From: Methanobacteriota archaeon
Lineage (GTDB): Archaea > Methanobacteriota > Methanobacteria > Methanobacteriales > Methanobacteriaceae
Direction: 5' to 3'
Assembly: GCA_963787255.1 (NCBI GenBank)
Contig: CAWBCJ010000029.1
Coordinates: forward strand, 960,001 to 1,024,000
Length of the DNA: 64,000 nt
Shown: positions 48,201 through 60,203 of the stretch, in pieces
Position numbering within the stretch: the first letter of the stretch is position 1
How the letters are laid out: every line of letters starts with the position of its first letter
Notes under the pieces: generated by a model
Seen by the model: the letters and a program-made list of their open reading frames with translations, nothing else
Told to the model about the DNA's origin: nothing
Databases searched by the model: none
Translations under genes and position numbers: made by a program

Positions 48201-48280
48201 CATCCATAAAAACATTTCAATTTCATGCTTGCAGCATTTTAAATGCTGTTAGCTAATTTTAATAATTAGGAGAGATTTAT

Positions 48281-48550
48281 ATGCCTGAATTAAGATACAG
48301 ATCTAGATCATACAAGAGAGTATTTAAGAAAACCCCTGGAGGGAAAACCGTCTTAAGATATAAGAAGAAAAAACCATCAAAGCATGTATGTGCTGAATGT
48401 GGTAAACTTCTTCACGGAGTCCCAAGGGGAAGACCATATCAAATAAGAAAACTTGCAAAATCTAAAAAGAGGCCAAACAGGCCTTACGGTGGAAATCTTT
48501 GCCCTGAATGCACACGAAGGGTGTTTAAACAAGAGGCAAGATTGGAATGA
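48281..48550 (+). CDS. rpl34e: 50S ribosomal protein L34e
   Basis: [21 protein letters not shown]. Confidence 0.97.
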   Translation: MPELRYRSRSYKRVFKKTPGGKTVLRYKKKKPSKHVCAECGKLLHGVPRGRPYQIRKLAKSKKRPNRPYGGNLCPECTRRVFKQEARLE

Positions 48551-49077
48551 TTATAACCGTCAGCGGATTAGCTGGTAGTGGTACCACTACAGCTTCCAGA
48601 ATATTATCTGAAAAAATAGGGATTCCATACATCTCTGCAGGTGACATATTTCGTCAGATGGCTGCAGAAAAAAATATGGATATCCTGGAATTCAGTAAAT
48701 TCGCTGAGGAAAATGAAGGTATTGACATTGAGATTGACAGAAGACAGTCTCAAATAGCAAGAGAAAATGATGATCTAATCATTGAAGGAAGGCTTTCTGC
48801 ACATTTTGTAGATGCTGACCTTAAATTATGGTTTATTGCGCCTTTAGACACTCGAACAGAAAGAATAAGTCAAAGGGAAAATAAACCGTTTGATATTGTC
48901 AAAGAAGAAATAATTAAAAGAAGTAACAGCGAAGCAAAGCGATATCAGGAAATTCATAATATCGATATTGAAAATATGGAAGTTTATGACCTTATAATAA
49001 ACACCGGAAATTTTCATCCTGAAAGCATCGCTAGCATCATATTAAAAGTAGTAGAGGTGATTTCATGCCAGCAATAG
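48547..49077 (+). CDS. cmk: cytidylate kinase, archaeal type
   Basis: [22 protein letters not shown]. Confidence 0.93.
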   Translation: MIITVSGLAGSGTTTASRILSEKIGIPYISAGDIFRQMAAEKNMDILEFSKFAEENEGIDIEIDRRQSQIARENDDLIIEGRLSAHFVDADLKLWFIAPLDTRTERISQRENKPFDIVKEEIIKRSNSEAKRYQEIHNIDIENMEVYDLIINTGNFHPESIASIILKVVEVISCQQ

Positions 49078-49280
49078 AAGTAGGAAGAGTATGTGTTAAG
49101 ATTTCAGGAAGAGAAGCAGGCGAAAAATGCGCTATAGTTGAAGTTATAGATGATAAGTTTGTAGAAGTAGTTGGAGCAAACATCAAAAACAGAAGATGCA
49201 ACATCAAGCACTTAGAACCATTGGATGAAACAGTAGAAGTATCTGACAATGTGGAAGAAGTAAAAAAACAGCTTGAATAA
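49065..49280 (+). CDS. rpl14e: 50S ribosomal protein L14e
   Basis: [22 protein letters not shown]. Confidence 0.96.
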   Translation: MPAIEVGRVCVKISGREAGEKCAIVEVIDDKFVEVVGANIKNRRCNIKHLEPLDETVEVSDNVEEVKKQLE

Positions 49281-49324
49281 GTATTTAAATCAGCGTTGAT
49301 TTTAGAACGTTTAAGGTTATATTA

Positions 49325-50284
49325 ATGGTGGACTTACTAATAAAATCTGAAGGTGAAACTGATCCCAATTATGGGAACTTTCCTGACGAAAGACCCATAG
49401 AAGATCATATACGCAGAGGAATTATCAACCTGGACAAACCTTCAGGTCCCACATCCCATGAAGTTGATTCATGGGTTAAACGAATTTTGGGCGTGGAAAA
49501 AACAGGTCATGGGGGAACATTAGATCCCAAAGTCACCGGAGTTTTACCTATAGGCATGGATCATGCCACCAGGGCTATTCAGATGCTGCTGGGTGCAGAT
49601 AAAGAATATGTATGTCTAATGAGACTGCATGAAGAAATATCTGAAAAAAAAATAAGAGATATACTCCAGGAATTTCAGGGGAAAATTTACCAGACTCCGC
49701 CGCTTAAATCTGCTGTTAAAAGAGAACTTAGAGTTCGAAAAATTTATTATGTTAATATCATTGAAATAGATGGTCAAGATGTCTTATTTAAAATAGGATG
49801 TGAAGGCGGAACTTACATACGAAAGTACTGCCATGACGTGGGGGAAGCGCTTGGAATTGGTGCCCACATGGCGGAGCTTCGAAGAACCCGCTCAGGACCA
49901 TTTACAGAGGATAATTTAATTACCCTTCAAGATTTAACTGATGCATATCATATCTGGAAGGAAGAAGGGGATGAAACTTTCCTTAGAGACTGTATACGTC
50001 CTATAGAGGCCGCAATTGAGCATCTACCTAAAATTGTCATCAGAGATTCTGCCGTAGATGCAATTTGTCACGGTGCGGATCTTGCAGCAGGTGGAATTAT
50101 AAGCATTGAAGACAATATCAAAAATGGGGATACAGTTGCGGTCATGACCCTTAAAGGAGAATTGGTTGCTGCAGGAGAAAGTCTAAAATCGTCCCAAGAG
50201 ATACTTAAAGCAAATAAAGGCATAATGATAGATATAAATAAAGTTTTTATGGAACCAGAAACATATCCAAAGATGTGGAAGTAA
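49325..50284 (+). CDS. cbf5: H/ACA pseudouridine synthase Cbf5 (TruB family)
   Basis: DKPSGPTSHE, HGGTLDP, PUA domain, YPKMW. Confidence 0.96.
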   Translation: MVDLLIKSEGETDPNYGNFPDERPIEDHIRRGIINLDKPSGPTSHEVDSWVKRILGVEKTGHGGTLDPKVTGVLPIGMDHATRAIQMLLGADKEYVCLMRLHEEISEKKIRDILQEFQGKIYQTPPLKSAVKRELRVRKIYYVNIIEIDGQDVLFKIGCEGGTYIRKYCHDVGEALGIGAHMAELRRTRSGPFTEDNLITLQDLTDAYHIWKEEGDETFLRDCIRPIEAAIEHLPKIVIRDSAVDAICHGADLAAGGIISIEDNIKNGDTVAVMTLKGELVAAGESLKSSQEILKANKGIMIDINKVFMEPETYPKMWK

Positions 50285-50453
50285 AAAAACTACTCTTTAA
50301 AATAACTTCTACTTTATTTGAATTCAATCTAAAAAGATTCAAATGCCATACTTTAGCATGCGGCAATTACCATAAGCTTTTAAATGTTTAAGAACATACA
50401 CTTTATGTCTATCAATTTGGACATTAATCATATTACAAATTGATTTGTCGCAT

Positions 50454-50544
<91 letters not shown>

Positions 50545-50773
50545 TTTTTACTTAAAAAGGTCCACAGAATCCGTTGATTATGTGGGAATTGGTCAAAAAA
50601 AATTCGCTTCACTTGAAAGTGAATAACACGTTTTTGATTCAAAAGTAGTATTTACAGTATTCACCCGTCCAAACAAACTGAATACAGAAAATACTTGATA
50701 TAATTAAGATTAATCGCACAAATTTAATTAAAATGGTATGAAAGGCATTTTGCTCTTACCGGAGGTTAAAAAA

Positions 50774-51229
50774 ATGGAAGAAGACTTTAAACACTTAGTC
50801 CGTATTGCTCGAAAGGATATAAATGGTAATAAAACCATTGAAAATGCTCTTGCTGGCGTGAAAGGTGTAGGACAAGCATTGTCAAGGGCAATAGGTATTG
50901 TCATGGATTTTGACTTAAATCAGAAAATTGGATATGTATCCGACGATGAATTAAACAGAATTGAAGAAGTAATGAGGAATCCTAAATCACTTGATATCCC
51001 TGACTGGATGTTAAACAGGCGTAACGATTATGAAACAGGTGAAACCGGACATCTAATTGAATCTGATCTCATGATGACATTGAGAGATGATTTAAACAGG
51101 ATGAAAAAGACCAGAAGTTACAAGGGAAGAAGACACGAAGTTGGACTTCCAGTTAGAGGTCAAAGGACAAAATCTACCTTCAGAAAAGGATCATCTGTTG
51201 GTGTTAGAAGAAGAAGAGGAAGGCAATAA
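50774..51229 (+). CDS. rps13: 30S ribosomal protein S13
   Basis: [22 protein letters not shown]; ATG after GGAGGT. Confidence 0.97.
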   Translation: MEEDFKHLVRIARKDINGNKTIENALAGVKGVGQALSRAIGIVMDFDLNQKIGYVSDDELNRIEEVMRNPKSLDIPDWMLNRRNDYETGETGHLIESDLMMTLRDDLNRMKKTRSYKGRRHEVGLPVRGQRTKSTFRKGSSVGVRRRRGRQ

Positions 51230-51263
51230 CTTAATTTATCTAATTTAATTAGGAGAGATTGAT

Positions 51264-51794
51264 ATGGGACACCCAAGAAAATCAAGAAAAAAATACGATA
51301 CACCACCTCATCCATGGAACGCTGATAGAATAAAAGAAGAAAATAAACTTCTCCAAAAATACGGCTTAAAAAACAAAAAAGAAGTATGGAAATCCGAAAC
51401 AATGGTTAAACGGTACAGAAGAGATGCAAGACATCTTTTAGGTATGGTAACCGAACAGAATATTAAAGAAAGACAACAGCTTCTAAGTCACCTTATAAAG
51501 CTCGGAATGTTAGGTGAAGAAGCAAAACTGGAAGATGTACTTGATTTAACTGTTGAAGACGTATTACGAAGAAGATTACAAACTATGGTACACAACAAAG
51601 GCCTTGCAACTACTGCAAAGGGAGCAAGACAATTTGTTATACACGGACACATAGCTTTAGACGGTAAAAAGATTGATGCACCAAGTTACCTTGTAAAAAG
51701 AGGCCAAGAAGGCTCAATTGGATTCTACCAATCTTCACCACTAGAAAAACAATACAAAGCAAGAACCGAAGGCAAAGGCACTGAAGAGGCCTAA
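51264..51794 (+). CDS. rps4: 30S ribosomal protein S4
   Basis: [23 protein letters not shown]. Confidence 0.97.
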   Translation: MGHPRKSRKKYDTPPHPWNADRIKEENKLLQKYGLKNKKEVWKSETMVKRYRRDARHLLGMVTEQNIKERQQLLSHLIKLGMLGEEAKLEDVLDLTVEDVLRRRLQTMVHNKGLATTAKGARQFVIHGHIALDGKKIDAPSYLVKRGQEGSIGFYQSSPLEKQYKARTEGKGTEEA

Positions 51795-51808
51795 TAAAAG
51801 GTGATAAA

Positions 51809-52201
51809 ATGGCAGAAAAAGAAAAATGGGGCGTAGCTAACATATACTCATCATTTAACAACACTATAATAACCATAACTGATATAACTGGTGCAGAAAC
51901 CATTTCACAATGGTCTGGTGGAAAAGTTGTAAGGGCAGATAGGCAAGAATCATCCCCATTTGCAGCTATGGAAGCAGCTTCAAGAGCTGCTGATGATGTA
52001 AAAGAAAAAGGAATCATAGGATTACACATAAAAGTAAGAGCCCCTGGTGGAAACGGACCAAGAACTCCAGGACCTGGTGCACAGGCTACAATCAGAGCAC
52101 TGGCAAGAGCAGGGATCAGGATTGGTAAAATAGAAGATGTCACTCCAATTCCTCACGACGGTACTGGAAGACCTGGAGGTAAGAGGGGAAGAAGGGTCTA
52201 A
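51809..52201 (+). CDS. rps11: 30S ribosomal protein S11
   Basis: [24 protein letters not shown]. Confidence 0.97.
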   Translation: MAEKEKWGVANIYSSFNNTIITITDITGAETISQWSGGKVVRADRQESSPFAAMEAASRAADDVKEKGIIGLHIKVRAPGGNGPRTPGPGAQATIRALARAGIRIGKIEDVTPIPHDGTGRPGGKRGRRV

Positions 52202-52202
52202 C

Positions 52203-53006
52203 ATGGACATAGATATTAAAGAAAAGAATGATAACCAACTTACATTCATTGTAGATGGTGTAGATGTATCCTTTATTAATGCATTAAGGAGAATATGCAC
52301 TGTCGAAGTTCCAACAATGGCCATAGATACTGTTTCAATATTCAAAAACGAATCAAAACTATTTGATGAAGTATTAGCTCAAAGATTAGGACTAGTACCA
52401 CTTGAAACATATACAGAAGCATTTGTACTTGCATCAGAATGTGATTGCGAAACTAATGATTGTCCAAGCTGCAGCGTATCTATGATTCTAAAGGAAAAAG
52501 GACCAAAAGTTGTCTACTCTGGAGATTTAAGTTCAACCCATGAAGCAGTGAAGCCAGTATATGACACTATCCCTCTTTTAAAATTAAAAGAAGGGGAAGA
52601 AGTTGAACTTGAAGCAACAGCAAACCTGGGAATGGGACTTGAGCATGCAAAATGGCAGCCCACAACTACATGCGTATATCAGTACTATCCTTTAATAACT
52701 GTAGATGAAAACTGTGAAGCATGTATGAAATGTGTAGAAGACTGTCCAAGAAATGTGCTTCACTACGACGAAAAAGAGAAAAAAATCATTATCACAGATA
52801 TTGAAAACTGTTCCATGTGCAAAACATGCGTCAGAGATTGTGAACAAAATGCAATACATGTAGATGCACAGGAAAATAAATATATATTTAAAATTGAAAC
52901 AGACGGATCATTAGCTCCAGAAGATGTTTTAGAGAATGCATGTGATATTCTAAAGGATAAATCCGAGAAAATCGTGGCATTTTGTAAAGGAGGAAGTAAG
53001 AAATGA
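52203..53006 (+). CDS. rpoD: RNA polymerase subunit D (Rpo3) with 2x[4Fe-4S] ferredoxin-like domain
   Basis: NALRR, RLGLVP, HAKWQP; [12 protein letters not shown] and [11 protein letters not shown]. Confidence 0.96.
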   Translation: MDIDIKEKNDNQLTFIVDGVDVSFINALRRICTVEVPTMAIDTVSIFKNESKLFDEVLAQRLGLVPLETYTEAFVLASECDCETNDCPSCSVSMILKEKGPKVVYSGDLSSTHEAVKPVYDTIPLLKLKEGEEVELEATANLGMGLEHAKWQPTTTCVYQYYPLITVDENCEACMKCVEDCPRNVLHYDEKEKKIIITDIENCSMCKTCVRDCEQNAIHVDAQENKYIFKIETDGSLAPEDVLENACDILKDKSEKIVAFCKGGSKK

Positions 53007-53362
53007 AACTCACTAAAACAAACCCAAAACTCATAGAACTTATAGGAAATCTTAAAGTAAAATCATACCAGGAAGATGTCAAAATATGGAAAGACATCGC
53101 TAAAAGACTGGAAAGATCAAACAGAAGACATGCAGAAGTCAACATTTCAAAAATAAACAGACACTCATCTCCAGATGAAACCATTTTAGTTCCAGGAAAA
53201 ATCCTTGGAAGCGGTAAACTGGATCACAAAGTCAACGTAGTAGCACTAGGCTTTTCCAAAAAAGCAGAAGAAAAAATAGGTGCTGCAGGCGGGAAATGTT
53301 TAAACATTACTGAAATTCTCGATGAAAATCCAAAGGGAAATAAAATAAGGATAATCGAGTAA
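53003..53362 (+). CDS. rpl18e: 50S ribosomal protein L18e
   Basis: [19 protein letters not shown]. Confidence 0.96.
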   Translation: MKLTKTNPKLIELIGNLKVKSYQEDVKIWKDIAKRLERSNRRHAEVNISKINRHSSPDETILVPGKILGSGKLDHKVNVVALGFSKKAEEKIGAAGGKCLNITEILDENPKGNKIRIIE

Positions 53363-53377
53363 TTAGAAGGTGTAATT

Positions 53378-53806
53378 ATGATTATAGATGGAGAAGGACT
53401 CATCATGGGAAGACTTGCAAGTAACGTAAGCAAGATGCTTCTAAATGGAGAGGAAATAGTAGTATTAAACGCCGAGAAGATTCTAATTTCCGGTAATAAA
53501 GAATGGGCATATGCCAGATACAAACAGAGACTTGACAGAGCAAGTATATCAAATCCAAGGAAAATGGGGCCAAAATATCCCCGAAGACCTGATGATATAT
53601 TTAGAAGAACAGTAAGGGGAATGATACCTTACAGGAAAACAACAGGAAGAGCAGCATTTAAAGGGCTCAAAGTATTTGTAGGAATACCCAAAGAATACGA
53701 AGGTGCTGAAATCTTCAAAGTTCAGGAAGCTGAACCTAAAAACATTAAAAAAAGCATAGAACTTGGTAAAATATCCAGATTATTAGGATCAAAGTTTGAG
53801 GCATAG
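53378..53806 (+). CDS. rpl13: 50S ribosomal protein L13
   Basis: [21 protein letters not shown]. Confidence 0.97.
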   Translation: MIIDGEGLIMGRLASNVSKMLLNGEEIVVLNAEKILISGNKEWAYARYKQRLDRASISNPRKMGPKYPRRPDDIFRRTVRGMIPYRKTTGRAAFKGLKVFVGIPKEYEGAEIFKVQEAEPKNIKKSIELGKISRLLGSKFEA

Positions 53807-53814
53807 GTGAGAGG

Positions 53815-54216
53815 ATGAAAAAAGTAATTCACACAAGCGGTAAAAGAAAAACTGCAATAGCAAGAGGAAGATTCCGAGAAGGAAAAGGAAGAATCAGAAT
53901 AAACAAACGTCCAGTAGAACTCTATGACCCAGAACTCGCAAAATTAAAAATTACAGAGCCAATTGTAATAGCTGGAGACATTGTAAAAAATATAGATATC
54001 GATGTCAAAGTTGTAGGTGGAGGAGTAATGGGACAGGCTGAAGCCGCACGTATGGTAATAGCCAAAGGACTTATCCAGTGGACCAGTGACATGGATCTAA
54101 AGGAAAAGTTCACCCAGTACGACAGAACCATGCTTGTAGGAGATCCAAGAAGATCAGAACCTAAAAAGTATGGTGGAAGAGGCGCCAGAGCAAGAAGGCA
54201 GAAAAGTTACAGATAA
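53815..54216 (+). CDS. rps9: 30S ribosomal protein S9
   Basis: [21 protein letters not shown]. Confidence 0.97.
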   Translation: MKKVIHTSGKRKTAIARGRFREGKGRIRINKRPVELYDPELAKLKITEPIVIAGDIVKNIDIDVKVVGGGVMGQAEAARMVIAKGLIQWTSDMDLKEKFTQYDRTMLVGDPRRSEPKKYGGRGARARRQKSYR

Positions 54217-54323
54217 ACAAAAATTTAATCTTCTTGCAAAAACAACCTTTAATTATCAAATTAAACGCAAGAAGATAATTTCAAATTTTTTGGCTCAAAA
54301 AAAAAGAATTAAGATGGTTTAAC

Positions 54324-54490
54324 ATGATTCCTGTAAGATGTATAAGTTGTGGAAAAGTTGTCTCCGCATATTTTGACGAATTCCAACAGAGAGTTGGAGA
54401 CGGAGAAAATCCAAAGGAAGTCCTAGATGATTTAGGACTTAACAAGTATTGTTGTAGAAGAATGTTGATAGCTCATGTTGAGGTTTGGTA

Positions 54491-54491
<1 letters not shown>
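54324..54491 (+). CDS. rpoN: RNA polymerase subunit N (Rpo10) (not in ORF track)
   Basis: Manual translation [13 protein letters not shown]...[23 protein letters not shown]. Confidence 0.96.
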
Positions 54492-54645
<154 letters not shown>

Positions 54646-54832
54646 TACCCTTATGATCCATATTAATTAAAAAAACTATTAAATTAACGCTCATGTTAAA
54701 GTAAGCAAGCATTTATAAAACTTTAATTCAACTATTACGATGGTAATTTAACATTAAATAATATACACTATTATTCGATGCACAATTCCAGCACTCTAAT
54801 CATGAGCATTAAATTTTAAAAAGAGGGGTATT

Positions 54833-55006
54833 ATGTCATCTGAAAAACTAACTAGATTTGAAAAAGCAAGAATTGTTGGTGCAAGAGCTCTACAACTGTC
54901 AATGGGTGCTAAACCAATGATAGAGGTAAAAGAAGCACTTGATCCAATAGATATTGCTGTATTAGAACTAAAAAAAGGTTTAATTCCTCTTGATATTAGA
55001 AAATAA
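54833..55006 (+). CDS. rpoK: RNA polymerase subunit K (Rpo6) (not in ORF track)
   Basis: Manual translation [28 protein letters not shown]...[17 protein letters not shown]. Confidence 0.95.
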   Translation: MSSEKLTRFEKARIVGARALQLSMGAKPMIEVKEALDPIDIAVLELKKGLIPLDIRK

Positions 55007-55033
55007 CCACTATTTTTTTAAAGAGGTGTTTTT

Positions 55034-56272
55034 GTGGATAGTATTATTGAAGACGTCCGTGTACGAAAAATATTAGACAGCAGGGGAAACCCTACATTAG
55101 AAGTAGATGTTGTAACCTGGAGCGGTTTTGGAAGAGCAGCCGCACCAAGTGGTGCAAGTACAGGTATCCGTGAAGTTACGGCATTTCCAGAAGGCGGTGT
55201 TGATAAAATAATAAGTGAAGTTGAAGATATAATCTCATCAGAACTTATTGGTATGGATGCTGAAGATTTAACCGATATAGATATGCTTTTAAAGGAAATA
55301 GATGGTACTGAAAATTTATCATCCATAGGTGGTAACACTATAGTCGCTGTTTCCATGGCAACTGCAAAAGCTGCTGCTGCATCATACAACATGCCGTTGT
55401 ATAAATTCCTTGGAGGAAGCGTGAAAAATGAAATTCCATATCCTCTAGGAAATATGATAAATGGAGGAGCACATGCTGGAAAAAATGCACCTGATATTCA
55501 GGAGTTTTTGATCCTACCAGTAGGAGCTTCAAATATCACTGAAGCAGTATTTGCTAATTCTAAAGTTCATAAAAAAATCGGAGAACTCATAAAAGCAAAA
55601 GACAGCACTTTCACCGGTGGAAAGGGAGATGAAGGTGGATGGGCACCAAACCTTATCAACGAAGACGCACTAGAAATTCAAGCAAAAGCCTGCGAAGAAG
55701 TAGGTAACGAATTAGGCATTGAAATAAGACCATGTTTGGACATGGCAGCAAGTGAAATGTGGAACGGCTCTAAATATGTTTATGAAAGAGAAGGCGTGGA
55801 AAGAGATGTTGGAGAACAGATAGATTTCGTTGAAGAAATCATTGACACTTATAAAATGTTCTATGTTGAAGATCCTATGGATGAAAATGATTTCAACGGG
55901 TTTGCAGAACTCACAAGAAAAGTTGGAGATAAATGTCTTATCTGTGGAGATGATGTATTCGTAACCAACGCAGAGATTCTTCAAGAAGGAATCAATTTAG
56001 GCGCTGCAAATTCAATTATCATAAAGCCAAACCAAATAGGAACCCTTTCTGACACTTATGAAACTGTAAAACTCGCAAAAGCTAATGGATATGTTCCAGT
56101 TGTTTCCCACAGATCAGGTGAGACAACAGACGATACAATAGCGCATTTAGCAGTGGCTTTCTCAAGTCCAATCATCAAAACAGGTGCACTTGGCGGGGAA
56201 AGAATTGCAAAATTAAACGAGCTTATCAGAATTGAAGAAGAAATGGTAAATCCAAAAATGGGAGATATCTAA
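55034..56272 (+). CDS. eno: enolase
   Basis: DSRGNPT, PSGASTG, GDEGG, SHRSGET. Confidence 0.96.
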   Translation: MDSIIEDVRVRKILDSRGNPTLEVDVVTWSGFGRAAAPSGASTGIREVTAFPEGGVDKIISEVEDIISSELIGMDAEDLTDIDMLLKEIDGTENLSSIGGNTIVAVSMATAKAAAASYNMPLYKFLGGSVKNEIPYPLGNMINGGAHAGKNAPDIQEFLILPVGASNITEAVFANSKVHKKIGELIKAKDSTFTGGKGDEGGWAPNLINEDALEIQAKACEEVGNELGIEIRPCLDMAASEMWNGSKYVYEREGVERDVGEQIDFVEEIIDTYKMFYVEDPMDENDFNGFAELTRKVGDKCLICGDDVFVTNAEILQEGINLGAANSIIIKPNQIGTLSDTYETVKLAKANGYVPVVSHRSGETTDDTIAHLAVAFSSPIIKTGALGGERIAKLNELIRIEEEMVNPKMGDI

Positions 56273-56297
56273 GGCTAATCTAAAAACGGTGAAATAA

Positions 56298-56489
56298 ATG
56301 GTTAAAATAACAATCAACTATGAAAAATGCGACGGAACAGACTGCGCTGAATGCGTTGATGTTTGCCCAATGGAAGTCCTTATAATAAACGGTGACAAAA
56401 TAGTAATTCAAAACACAGAAGAATGCAGCTTATGCGAAGTTTGCATGGACGTATGCCCTCAAGAGGCAGTAGATGTTGAGGATGATTAA
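56298..56489 (+). CDS. 2x[4Fe-4S] ferredoxin
   Basis: CDGTDCAECVDVCP and CSLCEVCMDVCP. Confidence 0.93.
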   Translation: MVKITINYEKCDGTDCAECVDVCPMEVLIINGDKIVIQNTEECSLCEVCMDVCPQEAVDVEDD

Positions 56490-56586
56490 TAATTCCTCAT
56501 TTTTTCAATTTAAAAGAATAAAAAAAACCATTAATTTTGTTAAAACTTTAAAAAAAACATATATTTAAATATTATTTAATATTGAG

Positions 56587-57192
56587 GTGATCAATTTGTC
56601 AGAACTTTTAATTCCACTGGACAAGTACCTAGCAGCAGGTTTACACATTGGAACTCAACAAAAAACTAAGGATATGGAACGATACATATATAGAGTAAGA
56701 GCAGATGGATTATACGTATTAGACGTTAGAAAAACAAACGACAGGATTCAATCAGCAGCAAATTTCCTTGCAAAGTTCGATCCTGACGACATACTTGTTG
56801 TATCAACAAGACAGTACGGGCAGGCCCCAGTTAAGAAATTCGGAAAGGTTACTGGAGCCAAAACAATCCCTGGAAGATTCATACCAGGAACATTAACCAA
56901 CCCTAACTACGGTAAATTCATAGAACCTAAAGTAGTAGTAGTTACAGACCCAAGATCCGACTCACAGGCCATAATTGAAGCAAAACAAATAGGAATACCA
57001 GTTGTTGCTCTCTGCGACACAGAAAACTTACTTGGAAACGTAGATATTGTATTACCAGTAAATAACAAGGGTAGAAAAGCAATAGCACTTGTATACTGGT
57101 TACTTGCAAGACAAATCTTAAGGGAAAGAGGAGTTATTGCAGAAGACGAAGAACTCGATATGCTGCCAGCAGATTTTGAGTTAAAGATTTAA
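56587..57192 (+). CDS. rps2: 30S ribosomal protein S2
   Basis: [23 protein letters not shown]; start may be TTG at 56596. Confidence 0.97.
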   Translation: MINLSELLIPLDKYLAAGLHIGTQQKTKDMERYIYRVRADGLYVLDVRKTNDRIQSAANFLAKFDPDDILVVSTRQYGQAPVKKFGKVTGAKTIPGRFIPGTLTNPNYGKFIEPKVVVVTDPRSDSQAIIEAKQIGIPVVALCDTENLLGNVDIVLPVNNKGRKAIALVYWLLARQILRERGVIAEDEELDMLPADFELKI

Positions 57193-57224
57193 AAACTTTT
57201 AAAAAAGAAAGGGGCAGTGATTTT

Positions 57225-58066
57225 ATGATAAGAAAACCTGCAGTAGCAGGAATTTTTTACGAATTAAATCCTGATTCTTTAAAAAAACAGATTGAATGGT
57301 GTTTTCAACACGAATTAGGCCCTGGAAAAATCCCGGAAATGGGAGATAAAAGAAACATTAAAGGAGTAATGGCACCTCATGCAGGCTATCCTTACTCAGG
57401 ACCAGTTGCCGCACATTCCTACAATAAAATTGTAGAAGATGGGTTTCCAGACACTTTTGTGATATTATGTCCTAATCACACAGGACTTGGATCCTCAATT
57501 TCCACCATGCTTGAAGGAGAATGGGAAACACCACTTGGAAATGTAGGAATAGACACACAGTTTGCAAGAAAATTGGTAGAAGATGCATTAATCATTGATG
57601 CCGATGCATCATCACATGTCCAGGAACACAGCTGTGAAGTTCATCTACCATTTTTACAGTATTTCAGTGAAGATTTCAAAATAGTGCCCATAAGCATGTG
57701 GATGCAGGATCTCTGAAACATCCAGGGAAATAGGTAAATCCATTAAAGAAACTGCAGAAGCACTTGAAAAAGACATAGTAGTAATAGCAAGCTCAGACAT
57801 GACTCATTACAAGCCACAAAAGGTTGCATAGTCAAAATGACCAGCAAGTGCTTGAAGCAATAAGTCATATGGACGAAAAATTAATGATTAGAAGAGTAAT
57901 GGATTTAAACGTTACAATGTGTGGTTACGGACCCGTAGCGGCAACATTAGTTGCTTCAAAGGAACTTGGAGCCCGAAATGCTGAAATACTTAAATATGCA
58001 ACAAGTGGTGACCTCACAGGAGACCTGAGCGCAGTAGTTGGTTACGCTTCAGCAGTTTTCTGGTGA
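57225..58066 (+). pseudogene. MEMO1/AmmeMemoRadiSam B family protein, two +1 frameshifts near 57713 and 57829 (probably assembly errors)
   Basis: PAVAG.FY, PHAGY.YSG, PNHTG, EHSCEV; middle segment IASSDMTHY in another frame; C-terminal MCGYGP, YATSGD, VVGY. Confidence 0.85.
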
Positions 58067-58211
58067 ATAATCCATAAAAAAGCCGGTAAAAAAACAAAGC
58101 AGACAAATCCTCAAAAATCAGAGATTTTTGTATGGTTTTAATATAACCTTAACCAATTAACTAGTCAGTATATTGACTTTAAACCATTATTTAGTAGTAT
58201 TTTAATAAGCG

Positions 58212-59198
58212 GTGAATTTAATGCAAGTAACAGCATCTGCACCAGGAAAGGCAATTCTTTTTGGAGAACACGCTGTCGTTTACGGTAAACCGGCTATTGC
58301 AATGGCTCTAAATAAAAGAACGCAAGTAAAGGTTTCAGGACGTGCAGACAATAAAATACAGGTTAATATAAGGGATTTAGGGATAAAAGGATATATTAAT
58401 TTAAAGGATAATAGTATAATATCAGATTCACCTAAAAAAGGGATTTTAAAGTACATTTTGAATTCAGTTAAAAAAGTTCACGGCGAATCTGGATTAGATA
58501 TATGCATCGATGTTAACGTGCCTATTGGCGGCGGTTTAGGCTCATCTGCAGCAGTAACAGTGGCTTTGATAGCTGCAGTTTCAAAATACAATAATATGGA
58601 TTTAGGAAAAAAAGAAATTTCCATACTTGCACATGAAGTCGAATTAGAAGTTCAAAATTCTGCAAGTGCTTTAGATACAACTATAAGTACTTACGGTGGA
58701 TTAATTTATCTAGAAAAGGATGCAAAAGAGATTATTTCATTAAATGTTAACCATGATATTCCAGTAGTTATAGGATATACAGATTCCAGAGGAAATACAG
58801 GAAAACTTATAGAAGAAGTTAAAATCAGAAAAGAGCGCTATCCCGAAATTATCAATCCACTAATAGATTCAATAGAAACAATAACCAATGAAGCAAAGCA
58901 AGCAATTCTTAATAACGATAAAAAAAGAATTGGCGAACTTATGAACATTAATCACGGCCTTCTAGATGCTTTAGGCGTTAATACGGTGGAGCTATCAAAC
59001 ATGGTTTACACCGCAAGAAATGCAGGAGCGTCTGGATCTAAAATTACTGGTGCCGGCGGCGGGGGAAGTATGATATCATTCTGCCCTGATGGAACGAAAA
59101 AAGTTATATCGGCACTTAAAAAAATAGAAAATGCATTTAAAGCAGATATTTCTAAAGAAGGTGTTAAAATAAATGTTTTAAGCGAAGAGGTTGAGTAA
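58212..59198 (+). CDS. mvk: mevalonate kinase
   Basis: APGKAILFGEHAVVYG, GLGSSAA, KITGAGGGG; start may be ATG 58221. Confidence 0.95.
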   Translation: MNLMQVTASAPGKAILFGEHAVVYGKPAIAMALNKRTQVKVSGRADNKIQVNIRDLGIKGYINLKDNSIISDSPKKGILKYILNSVKKVHGESGLDICIDVNVPIGGGLGSSAAVTVALIAAVSKYNNMDLGKKEISILAHEVELEVQNSASALDTTISTYGGLIYLEKDAKEIISLNVNHDIPVVIGYTDSRGNTGKLIEEVKIRKERYPEIINPLIDSIETITNEAKQAILNNDKKRIGELMNINHGLLDALGVNTVELSNMVYTARNAGASGSKITGAGGGGSMISFCPDGTKKVISALKKIENAFKADISKEGVKINVLSEEVE

Positions 59199-59999
59199 TT
59201 GATTATATTGAAGCTTGGCGGGAGTGTTATTACAAAGAAGGAGGCTAAGGAGCCTACCATTGATTATGATAATTTAAATAGAATCTCATCGGAAATTGCA
59301 AGCTCATCATTTGATAAACTTATAATTGTTCACGGTGCAGGCTCATTCGGCCACCCATTTGCTAAAAAATACGAAATAGGCAGTGAAATTAAAGATGAAG
59401 ATGATCTCAATTACAAAAAACTTGGATTCTGCATCACCCAAAGCTGGGTTAAAAAATTAAACAGCATAGTATGCAAGAGCCTAAGAGAAAATGGGGTGTT
59501 TGCGGTATCAATACAGCCGTCATCATTTGTTACAACTAAAAATAAGCGGATTTATTCATGCGATCTTAATTTAATTAATAAATATTTGGATATTGGTTTT
59601 GTCCCGGTTATATATGGCGATGTAGTTGTGGATATGAATGAATCCATTAAAATATGTGTTTTATCTGGAGATCAGATAATACAGTACTTTGGAGAAAATT
59701 TAAAACCGGATAGGGTTATTTTAGGTTCTGATGTAGATGGCATATACACTAAAGACCCTAAAAAGTATCCCGATGCTGAATTAATAAAAATTGTTACATC
59801 CAGCGAAGACTTATCTACAGAAGGATCTTTAAATGTGGATGTAACTGGCGGGATGAACGGAAAACTAAGGGAACTAATAGAACTTGCCGAAATTGGAGTA
59901 GAATCCGAAATTTTAAATGCATCTAAAAAAAATTTTATCAAGAAAGCCCTTAACCACCAAAAAGGGATAGGGACCACAGTTAAAAAGAAGTTAACTTAA
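59199..59999 (+). CDS. ipk: isopentenyl phosphate kinase
   Basis: KLGGSVIT, HGAGSFGH, SGD, DVTGGM; lies between mvk and fni. Confidence 0.93.
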   Translation: MIILKLGGSVITKKEAKEPTIDYDNLNRISSEIASSSFDKLIIVHGAGSFGHPFAKKYEIGSEIKDEDDLNYKKLGFCITQSWVKKLNSIVCKSLRENGVFAVSIQPSSFVTTKNKRIYSCDLNLINKYLDIGFVPVIYGDVVVDMNESIKICVLSGDQIIQYFGENLKPDRVILGSDVDGIYTKDPKKYPDAELIKIVTSSEDLSTEGSLNVDVTGGMNGKLRELIELAEIGVESEILNASKKNFIKKALNHQKGIGTTVKKKLT

Positions 60000-60203
60000 T
60001 CCATTTATAAAATCAGTCTAATGAATTAATTTATAATAAAAATGGAAAAAATAATGATTTCCAAAATAAAAATTAAATAAGGAACAATAATTAAAAGATG
60101 AATTAGTTTATGAAGTAGTATAATATGGAAAAAAAAGGAATTATATATGATTTCTAGACTAAATTCAGATAAGGAATAATAAAAAAAATAAAGGAAGTAT
60201 AAT

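Noticed and set aside
57714-57716. TGA in MEMO1 (and in birA at 28945-28947) as selenocysteine or readthrough
   Set aside because: The downstream homologous sequence continues in a different frame, so these are frameshifts rather than in-frame recoding
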